A stretch of DNA of 64,000 nucleotides from Bigelowiella natans CCMP2755 (Eukaryota; Protista; Cercozoa). The position numbers and the translations under genes are program-made. The notes under the pieces were generated by a model. That model was not told the origin of the DNA and did not search any database. It saw nothing but the letters and a program-made list of their open reading frames with translations. Of the stretch, positions 53,641 to 64,000 are shown piece by piece (within the stretch, counting starts at the first letter, position 1; every line of letters starts with the position of its first letter). Where the stretch lies: contig ADNK01001400.1 of assembly GCA_000320545.1 (NCBI GenBank), positions 1-64,000 of the forward strand, read 5' to 3'.

Positions 53641-54747
53641 TCAAAGATTGGAAAGGGAAAAAAAAGAGGCTGAATTTGGTCTATGATGACGAGTATGCTG
53701 CTGAGACTGCCCTTCATTCCATGAGCTGAGTGGAAGCATGGGTGAGATGGTGGGTCTCAGAGGCGATGGGGTGTCGCCAAGGTAGAAACCAATAAGTTTT
53801 GTTGGTTCTGAAAGAGGGAACCCCCCCGAGAATTCCGGAGTTGAATGCTGATTTTCATTTTTAAAGAGAAGAGCATTAAACTCCGAATCCGATAATGTAT
53901 TATTTGGACTGTCCAAATTAATCACGGGTGGGTGGTGAGGTAAAGCGAAGCTGAGTTCTAACTCCTGATTTTCGACAGGAGTACCCATTGTGGTACTGGA
54001 TTCATCGTCGTAAACAGTAGGTTTACTTTCATCCTGATAGATTTTCAGATCAGTCCCCTTCTCAAATTCAGGTTCCATGTTCGGCCCTGCAGTATCTTTC
54101 TCAACAGGGTCCTTTTCAATTAGGTAATTCAGACGTTTAAGTTGCGAGTCGACTATGCGTCGTTTCTCCATGGGAAGTGGCATAGACCTCCCAACTTTGA
54201 TTTGATCTTGAGCTTCGCAGACATCTGATTCTGAATTTTCGTCTTCATCCTCGTCCTCGGATGTCGTATCTTTTAGTCTATCCTCTTCGAGTATTTTATT
54301 GTCATCGTTTGGGTTTGTATGAGGATGAACAACTGTCTCATCGTCTTCCTCTGTGCACACTGCAAGCTTGTTTCCGTCCTGATTGCGTTTCCTCCCTCGC
54401 CTCTTTGGAATAGCGTCTATACAAGTGTCCTGGCAGCCTCGTTTCACACATCGACTGCAAGGCCTTCCATTGTCGCATCGGGCTTTGGCAAGCTTGCAGT
54501 TGGTACAAGCAGTCTTTACTCTGTTTCGAGATCCTTCAGAAGCTCGAACACAATGTCGAGATCTTGCACGCTGAGGACGTCTAGATGCACGAGGCAATTC
54601 AGGCAAGCTGAAAGCTGCTTTCCGTTTCAGCTTCCTCTTCCTCGCGAATTCGCGATGAGAACCCAGCGTGTTCGCCGCGTCTTCACCTCTTCGTCCGCCT
54701 CCTGCGCTTGCACGAGTAGCTTTCTTCCTCTGTTTTGGGGAGATCAT
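53641..54747 (-). CDS. Zn(II)2Cys6 binuclear-cluster transcription factor
   Basis: ACTNCKLAKARCDNGRPCSRCVKRGCQDTCID followed by basic KRRGRK. The start codon is uncertain. Confidence 0.88.
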   Translation of the reverse strand: MISPKQRKKATRASAGGGRRGEDAANTLGSHREFARKRKLKRKAAFSLPELPRASRRPQRARSRHCVRASEGSRNRVKTACTNCKLAKARCDNGRPCSRCVKRGCQDTCIDAIPKRRGRKRNQDGNKLAVCTEEDDETVVHPHTNPNDDNKILEEDRLKDTTSEDEDEDENSESDVCEAQDQIKVGRSMPLPMEKRRIVDSQLKRLNYLIEKDPVEKDTAGPNMEPEFEKGTDLKIYQDESKPTVYDDESSTTMGTPVENQELELSFALPHHPPVINLDSPNNTLSDSEFNALLFKNENQHSTPEFSGGFPLSEPTKLIGFYLGDTPSPLRPTISPMLPLSSWNEGQSQQHTRHHRPNSASFFSLSNL

Positions 54748-56113
54748 GACAGCTGGTGCCCGACTCGTGTAAAGCTGCAAAGCTTCGTCTTCTTCGTGGT
54801 GGAGCAGAGGTGAAAGGGCTAATCAACTTCTTTGATCAACAAGCTGCTCACCCCGAAAACATGCACGCGTTTTGTTCGAAAAACGAGGTGCTGATCCTAA
54901 AGAGTCGACTCTCTCAATAAGAGACCTCGATTGGCGGGAATCGGTGCTTTTGTACCATAAAGGCAAGGAAACTAAGAAAGAGAGAGAACGAATCTTGATG
55001 CGGGAAATAAAAAGCTATGTGGTGGAGTTTCTGAAAGAAGGAAGAGTATGGACAAGAGGATTTAGATGATTTTGCCTAATAAAACTTCCCGATTAATAAT
55101 TTAATATTTTCCAACTTAATTTATCGCTAGGTACCCGTGGAGAAGTTAAGCTGTAAATCCTTAAAATAACACGTTTTTAGCGCAAGAACAATCTGGGAAA
55201 GTCCAGGGAAGGCTCTTCGGGCTTAAGGGGTTTCCATTCCGAAAACGAGGAAATCTGATTAATTTGCATGTATTTCCATGCGGTTTTCCCAAAGCACGAG
55301 GCTACGCGCGTAACGCTAAAAATTTGCGAGGAGGTAGCACATCTTCCAACATAGATCTACGACATGCTGTACTCGTCGGTACCCCCAATAATAAAGTTTA
55401 ATTTTTCGCACTTGGACTTATTTTTTCAAAATGGGCATGAAGGAGGTGGGGGTCTGGCTGCTCCTGGGCCTGCACCTTCACTACTGTTTGGTGGGGGGAG
55501 TAGGAATGGATAGAGAAATACAAAAAAGTCTGATGAAAGGTATGAGTATCATCCAGCCATAACTTCTGTTCCAGCGTCTCACAAATGTGTTTCACGACTC
55601 ACGATTCAGCCTCGACGGCTGCGCCAGCTAGATTGATTTCAAATTCTACAATATCAGTAGAGAGGTATACTTCTACAAATGACAAATGAGATAGAAGATG
55701 AAAATAAATTTGTTCCTTCAGGCAAGAATCCTCACAATGCAAAATTGTGCGTCCAACATTCTGCACCGAGGTAGATCTTGAGAGCAAAGATGTAGAAAAT
55801 GTTCCCGAATGATACAAAGAAAACAAGATTGACAACACAGGTTGATTGGAGTGTGCCTGAGGATCAAGCAGAGAAAGTTCTGAGAGCAGTATGTACATTT
55901 GATCGATGATACATAGTTCCAAATCAATTTCGCTTTTATTACTACCCACACATAACCCCTTCCGTATTTTCTTTATCAATCTTTTTCATATATCGTCCCT
56001 AGAAAGGAGATCTCCAAGTTGAAATGATGGTTATTAATTTTCAAGGCACACGTGAATGCCAAAGGTAATCACCACAAGAAAATCCTAGCACACATTTATA
56101 TATATTATATATG

Positions 56114-56147
<34 letters not shown>

Positions 56148-57391
56148 TTTATATATATATATATACTAACTTCTAGAATTGTTTAGGGAATATAAAAGTC
56201 TACATTGTCGATATCTCTACCCCAAATGCGGAGAGGATGGCCAACCCAAGTTTCCATGCAAACATGAATGCGAGAGCTTCACTAAGGTTTGGATTTGCAT
56301 TATCAATCCAATTCGTTCTTGCAGCTTCAGGACAAATCTTTTTACATGAACTCAGAGATGCAAGGGTACTCTGCTTCGCCCGTGTAACTCGTTTCCAGAT
56401 TCGTCACAATGTGCACAAACAGAAACGCACCATCACCATCGTCACCATAAAGCATTCTGGGAACGAATATTTGGCTAAGATTCCTAGATAAGATTGAAAT
56501 TGAGAATAACTAGTGCCAAGGTTGAACACGGGAAACTTTATACCCGATTAACAGTTTAAATTTCTAGAAGAGTCAGAAGATTTTACTGACTCTAAGTGGC
56601 TTAGTTTGTTATCGAAGTTGCAAGGTAGTAGGATGGCAGCACACACACACGCAGTCACTGAACCTCCATGCTTACCCGTGCAATAGGCAGCATGCTATAT
56701 GACGTGTGCGTTACGCTATGACGCAGATTTCTGTCCAAAATCTGCTCTGGCTTACACTCTTTTGTCTCTGTATTGCTGCGTTCTCTATCTCAAAATTTCT
56801 ACCCCTGCTGGCATCGCCTTATAGCTCATATGTCCGCCACTGTTTCAACCGCCAACCGTGTCCTACAAGCAGAGTAGGCCCTAGCTCGTCCACATCGATT
56901 TGTTATTCACTTGTTTCTCTTAATACCTAATGATAGCAACGAGGTTGACTTTCCGCCCAAATGAAAGTATACTTGTGGCAATGATGGATACAATGCATGC
57001 ACATATAATGACTAATGTTCATGTGGGAATCTGAATAGCAGATATCATTCGTTCTGTTCGGCGGCGAGATCCTGCTTGCGATGCTACTATACTACTTAAA
57101 CATGGGCGCGTGTGCGTTACGATACGCACGATGTCGACACGACGAGGTGTGACTGGTCTGATGCATGCAGTGCGCGAACGAACGCGAGACGCTGGCGAAG
57201 TAGACACGAATGCATGCATATTGCAGCGCATCCATACATTTTGCCAATGTACTGCTAGTATCAGTGCGATGTTGCGACACAAAGCTTATTCGCTGTGGTC
57301 ATTCTGACTTGCAAAGCGCAGTCGTAAATGTTGGGCTTGCGAGATGTGGTGAGAGTCCACCCTTGTTTTAGTCCTTCGATTTTCCCTCTCA

Positions 57392-60300
57392 TTATTGCTG
57401 ATGGTGAATGGAATCATTCCTAAGGATGGATTTCAGCTGCTCTAATAGATTATTACCACTAATTTCTTGTTGTTTGTTGTAGAATTTGAAGTCATTGATT
57501 TTGTCTTTGTACCCGGCTGCCATCGTAATTAGCTTATGCGCCAATGACGCGTAGACGCCTTCGTTCCCTGTCATCACTATCTCCATTTCATTTTGGTTCG
57601 ATTCATCATTATCATTAATGGCCCGAGCGGAGGCCGTTTCCTTGGCTGCAGCCCTGGAGAGCGCTTCGCAGAAATGGACCATATCGACAGGGAGTAGCAC
57701 CTTGTCTGTCGCCATCTTTTCAAGATACCGGAATGCATTCTCGAAGTCAGCTTCACGCAGCCACGCATTTAAGAGGGACCGAGAGCTCGCTATGGAAGCT
57801 ATGTTGGGCTCGGGAGTCAGTTTTTGTTTTTCTTCGAGAAGTACTTCCGCCTTAGCTGGCTCTCCCGCCTCGCACAAAGTCTCCACAATCATCAGCAGTA
57901 TGCGAAAAGACGTCTGCGACTCTGTCTCTCCCAGCAGACATGTGCCAGCGTCCTTCGAGGAGGAGGAGGGGGAGGGGGAGGGGGAGAACATTTCGAGGTA
58001 GCGGATAAGCTTGGCAGCATCTTTCTTCTCATGACAGTACTTCAAGAACATGTCAATGGAAGAGCAGCCCCTCAGGTCTACCTCCGACTGCTCATTTAAG
58101 AAATCAGAAGGAGAGGGCGGAGGCGAGATCCATGGTGTTTCTATGGCAAAGCTATCATCGCACAGCTTTCTTTCGCTAGTCTCCATCAAAGCTTGCCGGA
58201 CTCTCAACTTCGGATCGATATTGTCATATGGGACTTGAACTCCTGCTTCCCATTCGACAGCAGCGTCGAAGGGACCTACGGCGTTCATGTATTGCGTCAG
58301 ATTGAGAACCGCTTCTTTGTACTTGGCCAGCTTGTTCCGCATCCCATGTTTCAGGGTATACTCGACGGAAAACATGGCGGAGTGCGTGTTGGCCACCCTG
58401 AGCAGCGCGCCCACGGCCTCTTCGCATTCCGATCTGTTCAAGACCTCCATCTTCTGCGCCCGATCTACAAATAGCTCAAAGACTTCACTGGCGGTCTCTG
58501 CTCGCAAGGAATTAGGAGGGGAGGACGTAGGAAATAAGGAGAAGCAATCCTGCTCTAATTCCATCCTCTCCCCTGTTGTGTTAGTGGAACCACGTTGCTG
58601 TGCGAGCCAAAAGCGGGCATGCGCCTTAAAGCCGCTATCCAAATTAAATTGCGCGAGCCTCTTGCACAATCTATTGCCGAGAAATAGTCCTTGTAAGGCA
58701 AGTGCGATGCAAAGCTGTTCCTTGCCCCACGACAGCTTCCCCTGCTCAAGAAGCTTTGAAAGCCGCCTCGTGCTACGCAAATCAATCAGCCCACCTTCCT
58801 TGGCGCTCAGAATCATCTTTGCTATCCAGCGGAGATGCTTGCTTTTAGGCTTCGGAGACTTGGCGCCTTTATTCACGACAAGCTGTAGCAGCTGGTGAGA
58901 GTGGGTTGCTGGTGGCTTGGATTGGTGCGCCGAAGAGGGCGACAATAGTGCTAAAGACAACGAGGCGATCGCCATCGTGGCGCGCTCCAGCCTACCGTGA
59001 GCAAGGCAATGGCGCACAAACTCGCCCACGTGCAGGGCGCTCTGTGGGGTAGACGCCAGCTTGGTCTTCAACGTCCAAAGACAGTCGAAGGACGCCGATT
59101 CGCGCTCATCCTTCCTCTTATCATCGCTCCAGAGCTCTGTAGCTACACGCGCATAGCGCCAGAATAGGCCTGAAAGCTCTTGACCGCACATGCGTAGGCT
59201 CTCGAGACCGCGGTAGTATGAATAGTGATCCGGGAGATTGCGTGCTTTGCCACCCTCCCTCGTTCCACGGGTAGCCTTCGATTCATGTTTCCCTTTCTCC
59301 ACGTTATCATCGTGTTCGACGACCTGCACGACTGTCTCACGCAGTTTTGCGGCGAACCAGCAGTTTGTGTTATCACTATTGTTCGTGAGCAACACCTCTC
59401 CGCCTGTTTTCTCCTCGTCATCGCCGATTTCGTTGAGGATGCGGTTGATCATATGATGGCGAAAAGTGGGCGGAAATTGCTGTATTCCCGTCGGTTCGTT
59501 GCGGAGGAGATGCGCGACATCGTGCAAAGAGAGCAAATCCAGGAAAAACAAACACGCTTCAAGCATCTGCTTATATTCTCTTCTGTCAACGGTTATCAGG
59601 AGTAGATGTAGGATGGAGACGCATGCGGTAGGTGTGTTGCAATTGCCTCTCATCTGAAGACAGCGTCCGCGCACATTAGTTCGATCCATTGCATATAATT
59701 CACCATGCGAATGAAGAGCATAAATGGCCGTTAGAAGCATCCCAACGTCGTCGTTCTCGACTGATGAAAGTAGCCGACGCGCCTCCTTCGGTCGTAGTTG
59801 ATTTTTCGTCGCTGCAGCTGCCAATTTGTCGGCCAATATTCTTTTCCGGCTGCCCCGCTTCTTTCCCATCTCTAAATCTGAACATTTTAAGTATGAGGCG
59901 ACCAATCTTTCAATATTCTCCTTATTGCCACTCGGCCCTGGTCTTCTCTCAGCAAGTCGAGGAGAAGTAGCAGCACTCGTAGTTGTTGACGAGGAATCCT
60001 GTCTTGCGTGATTTCTGGCTACTCTTTTTGAAGAAGCTCCACCACTAGTTCGCTGCTGCTGACTGGCCTTTCCCAGCTCGGGCACAACAATGTTTGCCTC
60101 CTCCATCATAGCCCGGCACTTGTTTTCTAATTGCTTCGCATCGATGCGGATGCACGCTTTTAGAACCTTGTGAAAGGAATCTGCCGAGGGCGGAGGCGCT
60201 GCAGGATCAGAGCGCTGGTCTTCGATCCAAAACACTGCACGGTTGATATCGTTCTTTGCTGCCCAAGATGCGATAACTGCGTGGAAGCTTTCGCTGGGCG

Positions 60301-60883
60301 GAGCATAGCCTTCAGCTCTGGTCTCACTGACCCAGTGCTCTACCTTTGACGGCATTCCAATTTGCGCAAACGCAAGGGTTATCTTGCTGTAGACCTCGAG
60401 GCTTGGCGTCAAGCCGCAGGCAACAGCGCGGTTGAGCAAAAGTTCAACCTCTGTAAGCGCTGATGGAACTTCTGCGAGCGACGAAGATGCTGATGCTGAA
60501 GATGAATGGCGGCGTTCCTGTTCCCGGGGTATGGAATCCAGAAGGGCAGGGACCAAATCGTTGAGGAAGACCTCAGCGTCGCGGTGGCTCTCCTTTGACG
60601 TAGCCTCCAGCCAGTCCCATCGAAGTGCAGCATTTCCATTTGCTCTACCGTTGAGCTTTGTCGTCTTCTCGACCCATGCTTCACGGCACACGACCCGGAT
60701 CTGCTCCAGTGACACACCAGAGGAAACGAGCTGATGTCTAATTTTAAGAGTGTGTTCGAGGGAGGCCCCCCCAGACAGAGTGCCCTTCAGTGCCGAGCTG
60801 AGATCTTCTACCGTGGAAATCCGAGTTGTCGTTGCGGTGGTGAGCGAAAACCTGCGAAGCACACATAGTTCTGTTTCGTTCTC
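57392..60883 (-). CDS. Pentatricopeptide-repeat-like protein (large terminal exon; upstream exons probably to ~61400)
   Basis: 1156-aa ORF with 35-aa-type repeats VYSKITLAFAQIGMPSKVEHWVSETRAEGYAP / SFHAVIASWAAKNDINRAVFWIED near the N-terminus. Further repeats IVETLCEAGEPAKAEVLL / SLLNAWLREADFENAFRYLEKM lie near the C-terminus. Confidence 0.75.
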   Translation of the reverse strand, partial: ENETELCVLRRFSLTTATTTRISTVEDLSSALKGTLSGGASLEHTLKIRHQLVSSGVSLEQIRVVCREAWVEKTTKLNGRANGNAALRWDWLEATSKESHRDAEVFLNDLVPALLDSIPREQERRHSSSASASSSLAEVPSALTEVELLLNRAVACGLTPSLEVYSKITLAFAQIGMPSKVEHWVSETRAEGYAPPSESFHAVIASWAAKNDINRAVFWIEDQRSDPAAPPPSADSFHKVLKACIRIDAKQLENKCRAMMEEANIVVPELGKASQQQRTSGGASSKRVARNHARQDSSSTTTSAATSPRLAERRPGPSGNKENIERLVASYLKCSDLEMGKKRGSRKRILADKLAAAATKNQLRPKEARRLLSSVENDDVGMLLTAIYALHSHGELYAMDRTNVRGRCLQMRGNCNTPTACVSILHLLLITVDRREYKQMLEACLFFLDLLSLHDVAHLLRNEPTGIQQFPPTFRHHMINRILNEIGDDEEKTGGEVLLTNNSDNTNCWFAAKLRETVVQVVEHDDNVEKGKHESKATRGTREGGKARNLPDHYSYYRGLESLRMCGQELSGLFWRYARVATELWSDDKRKDERESASFDCLWTLKTKLASTPQSALHVGEFVRHCLAHGRLERATMAIASLSLALLSPSSAHQSKPPATHSHQLLQLVVNKGAKSPKPKSKHLRWIAKMILSAKEGGLIDLRSTRRLSKLLEQGKLSWGKEQLCIALALQGLFLGNRLCKRLAQFNLDSGFKAHARFWLAQQRGSTNTTGERMELEQDCFSLFPTSSPPNSLRAETASEVFELFVDRAQKMEVLNRSECEEAVGALLRVANTHSAMFSVEYTLKHGMRNKLAKYKEAVLNLTQYMNAVGPFDAAVEWEAGVQVPYDNIDPKLRVRQALMETSERKLCDDSFAIETPWISPPPSPSDFLNEQSEVDLRGCSSIDMFLKYCHEKKDAAKLIRYLEMFSPSPSPSSSSKDAGTCLLGETESQTSFRILLMIVETLCEAGEPAKAEVLLEEKQKLTPEPNIASIASSRSLLNAWLREADFENAFRYLEKMATDKVLLPVDMVHFCEALSRAAAKETASARAINDNDESNQNEMEIVMTGNEGVYASLAHKLITMAAGYKDKINDFKFYNKQQEISGNNLLEQLKSILRNDSIHHQQ

Positions 60884-61433
60884 CTAGCCCAAACAATAGA
60901 GTCGTCCGTCTGCCTCGCACACACGTCTCACTCATCATCATCAACAGCATTTTTCCTTTAGCATGCATGCTACCTTCCGCGTGCCGGGATACTCCTCCGC
61001 CTCCTCCTCCACTGAGCCCTCGCTCTGGAGAAGAGTCTGTGCATCGAATGTGGGATTCACTCTCCAACACCCTGCAACCTGCTTCGCCCGGGCATCGTGG
61101 GTGGGGGAAAGGGGGCGCCGCAGGAAGGCGAGAGCTCCTGTGGGTGGGGAGGTCAGCGAATGAATGAACCAGAGGTTTTTTTCATCTGCGACAAGGGAAA
61201 AACGATGTTTATTGGTAAAAATAGCCTCAAATACCCAACTTGGGGGAGGGGGGTGGCGATGATCATGATCAGGGGACTCTCCCCCTCCCTCCTGATCGTG
61301 ATCTTCAATCACCTGATGATGATCATGATGATGCACCGGCAACCCAAAAGTGCCGAGACGCCCCAGCGCCAGGGGCCCAGGAGCGCGTCAGACTCGATGG
61401 ACGATGCGCCGATGTGGTTCGGAGGTAGGCCCG

Positions 61434-61492
<59 letters not shown>

Positions 61493-62201
61493 TTGTCGCT
61501 TGTTGGGCAGGGGTAGTTTACCCTTGTATCCCATCAGACGTTGACATGGGGACTGAGATGAAAGAAAGAGCCAAACTAAGAAGAAGGGAAAAGGAGAGGA
61601 AGAAAAAGAACCACTTTACGGAGGCCCTCCGGAAAGTTAAAGCAAGAGAAAGAGGGAGGGATCTTGATGCAAGGTATCAGTAGCCACCCCGTGCTGAACA
61701 GTTCACCTCTAATATCTAATTACCGTGATATACGATAAATTTTGTATGTATTTGACGACGGAAAGCGTCGACAGTCGCGTCAAATACCTCGCTCATTTCG
61801 GCGTGAAACCGAGACCTGAAAATCGGGCACTTAATAATGCGATTAAGAAGCTTGCGATTTCGAAGGTGGTGGAAGACTGCTGAAAGATTTCGGCTTTCTG
61901 GGAGTGAAGACCATGATTTTTTTCCATAACCAGATAATAGCGTTTGGGATGCAGCACCTCCATTCTCTGGATGTCCTCAATTTGGTCTGATTATGCATTT
62001 CTTCCTCTTCTGACAAAGCGAGAACATTCATACCACTAACTTTTACGTTAGGTGACACTGCTCGACCGAATTGCTACCAAGAGTCCTAATTGGTACCCTG
62101 CAAGATGATATCTCTTTTTGCTGCCCATGATCTCACGAAGAAAAATGTGCACGAGTTAGGCTCTCGAATGCATCCGGAGTGCAACGTCATGGCTTCGAAC
62201 A

Positions 62202-62675
62202 GGTGATATCTCTCATTTCGCTAATAAAGAACTGCCACAGTGGAGAAGCAGTGAAAATTGCCAGAAAGAGCGTGAATGTTAGCTCTAGTATATTTTTTCA
62301 GTTTTATGTTTTTCTCTCATCAGATACTGAATCGTCTCCAAAAGAAGGTAGTACGTTCAGTTGGTGTGTATACTAGTACTGATGAGCACGGACGATGAAA
62401 CGCAAGGACACATCCATACCGCCTATTTTATCTAGATCAAGCAGCTCAGCCCTCAAGGACTCTCAAGGGTAATCGATCGTGCAACTAGCGAGTGCATAGA
62501 AATGGGAGTTTGCGAAATCAAATCCATCACACCCTCATCACCACACACGGCACGGCACTTGATGAGTAGGTTGTGCACTCACTGGCAACACTGGGTTATG
62601 CACTCCCAGATACGTTTGCAAAGGTAATAGATTAGCATTCAGGTCTTGTATTGTATTCGCCTTTGGAGTACCCGC

Positions 62676-62757
<82 letters not shown>

Positions 62758-64000
62758 AGACGGGGGTGAGGTTACCGCCGTAGATTTTTTTTGAGAGATC
62801 GATATAATTTAAGATCAATCATTTCAAATGAGATCAATCAGCCTGGTTGAGTTCGCTACTGCCTCTTCTGCCTACAAATGATGATGATGGTGATGACGAT
62901 TCAGGAACTTGAGACGCGTATGATGTCAGGAGTATCTAAGTTCAGAGCGAAGGAGGTATTATTAGGGCATGGACAAACAAAAACACGACGTGCGAGAGGG
63001 GATGGGAGCCAGCATACCCAGAGGCCTTTTTGCTGGTTCTTTTTCGATCGTGAACATAATAAATAGCATCGTGTAAAATCATTGCTCAGATCGTCACAAG
63101 CACGTGGGGCCTTGCGAAACTGGGTGAGTCCTCCAAGCCCATAATTTCCCTTTTGAGGGGGTAGTCACCAACCCCCATCCTTTCCATGAGTTCTCGCCTG
63201 TGCGTCCTCCGTAGGATACGGCAATCGAAAGAAGCTGCGCCAATCCCTCGAAACAGTCACGACGAGATTCCTCTCCAAAATGTCCAACAGTACGTCATAT
63301 GAGAGACAGAACCCACCACGCCGCGTTGATCCCTTTCCCTTCTTCTCCGGGTTCCGGGATAAATAAGACACGACGGAGACGAAGCGTAGCGCATTGCAAA
63401 GGCTGATCTCCTTTCTTTCCTGCGTGTTTTCTTGCGGTCTTTTAGACGAAATATCACGGAGTATGTGGGCCCTATCGGCTTTTGCTCAGCGGGTAATCCA
63501 ATCCGCAAGATGTGCTTTTTGGTGCGTGCGCGCGCGCTTTGTGGTCATTTATCGAAGACAACCACCTCCCTCCACAATACGCAGGATGATTTGCGGAGCA
63601 TGGCGAAGGGGGGAGGCAGCTCTGGCACGATGCCGGAGATTAATAAAACGTGCTTGTCTCGATTATTGAGCATTACTCGGGTTCGGTTGAAGGAAGGCTC
63701 GAATCACACCTGGAGTGCACAAGACGCGGCTGATATCCTCGAGGCCGTCGAGGGCCTTGATCACCGTCCTCATCCAAACATATTGTCGCGGTAGTATTAA
63801 TTTCGATGTATTTGTTATTCTAATGCTTGGCGGTGAAGAGAGGTATAACATGCCGCAATACCCTCCCCCCCCCCCCTCCCCTCAAGGATCGAGAGGCGTC
63901 TGGTCCGTACGGAGAGTCCATTAAATATCAGCAGCAGTAGCCTTAATAATGCGCCAGTAGCGGGACGACTGATCGGCCTCTCCCCCAAACATCATGTCAC
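62202..64000 (+). CDS. Octotricopeptide-repeat (OPR/FASTK-like) protein; 5' end uncertain, runs off the window
   Basis: Small GT-AG exons join to ILNRLQKK-IKQLSPQGLSR-VVHSLATLGYALPDTFAK-ELETRMMSGVSKFRAKE-IVTSTWGLAKLG, then DEISRSMWALSAFAQR and WSAQDAADILEAVEGLDHRPHPNILSRI. These fit the OPR consensus (pq.ls...walA.Lg). Confidence 0.65.

Noticed and set aside
55398-56491. Several short ORFs upstream of the Zn2Cys6 gene
   Set aside because: No domain or consistent exon chain could be identified. Left unannotated.

Overview
Gene-dense, intron-rich eukaryotic nuclear DNA from a protist. The gene set and the short, microsatellite-filled GT-AG introns suggest a chlorarachniophyte/rhizarian-like alga, but this is inference. 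I reconstructed about 14 spliced genes by eye: the 3' end of OLA1, an F-box (+PH-like) protein, a DEK-C/SWIB protein, a MORN-repeat protein, an LRR protein, a SHIPPO/ODF3-like protein, RPL32, a large NHL-REJ-GPS-polycystin-like-TM-PDZ receptor, a TEY-type MAP kinase, a secreted Hog/Hint autoprocessing protein, CPSF1, a Zn2Cys6 factor, and a head-to-head PPR/OPR pair. A young, complete Ty3/Gypsy LTR retrotransposon (15956-22824, TSD TAACG) has tandem CCCH zinc fingers in Gag instead of a CCHC knuckle. The most striking signal is compositional. Two non-genic tracts of about 1.1 kb (22830-23925 and 52215-53336) have lost nearly all TpA dinucleotides. The few survivors all read TAG and are mostly the palindrome CTAG, while CpG is retained. 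Weaker versions of the same pattern occur in the spacers downstream of gene 3' ends. This looks like a context-specific, RIP-like TpA->TpG/CpA hypermutation process running opposite to fungal RIP. Exon boundaries are hand-derived and approximate.
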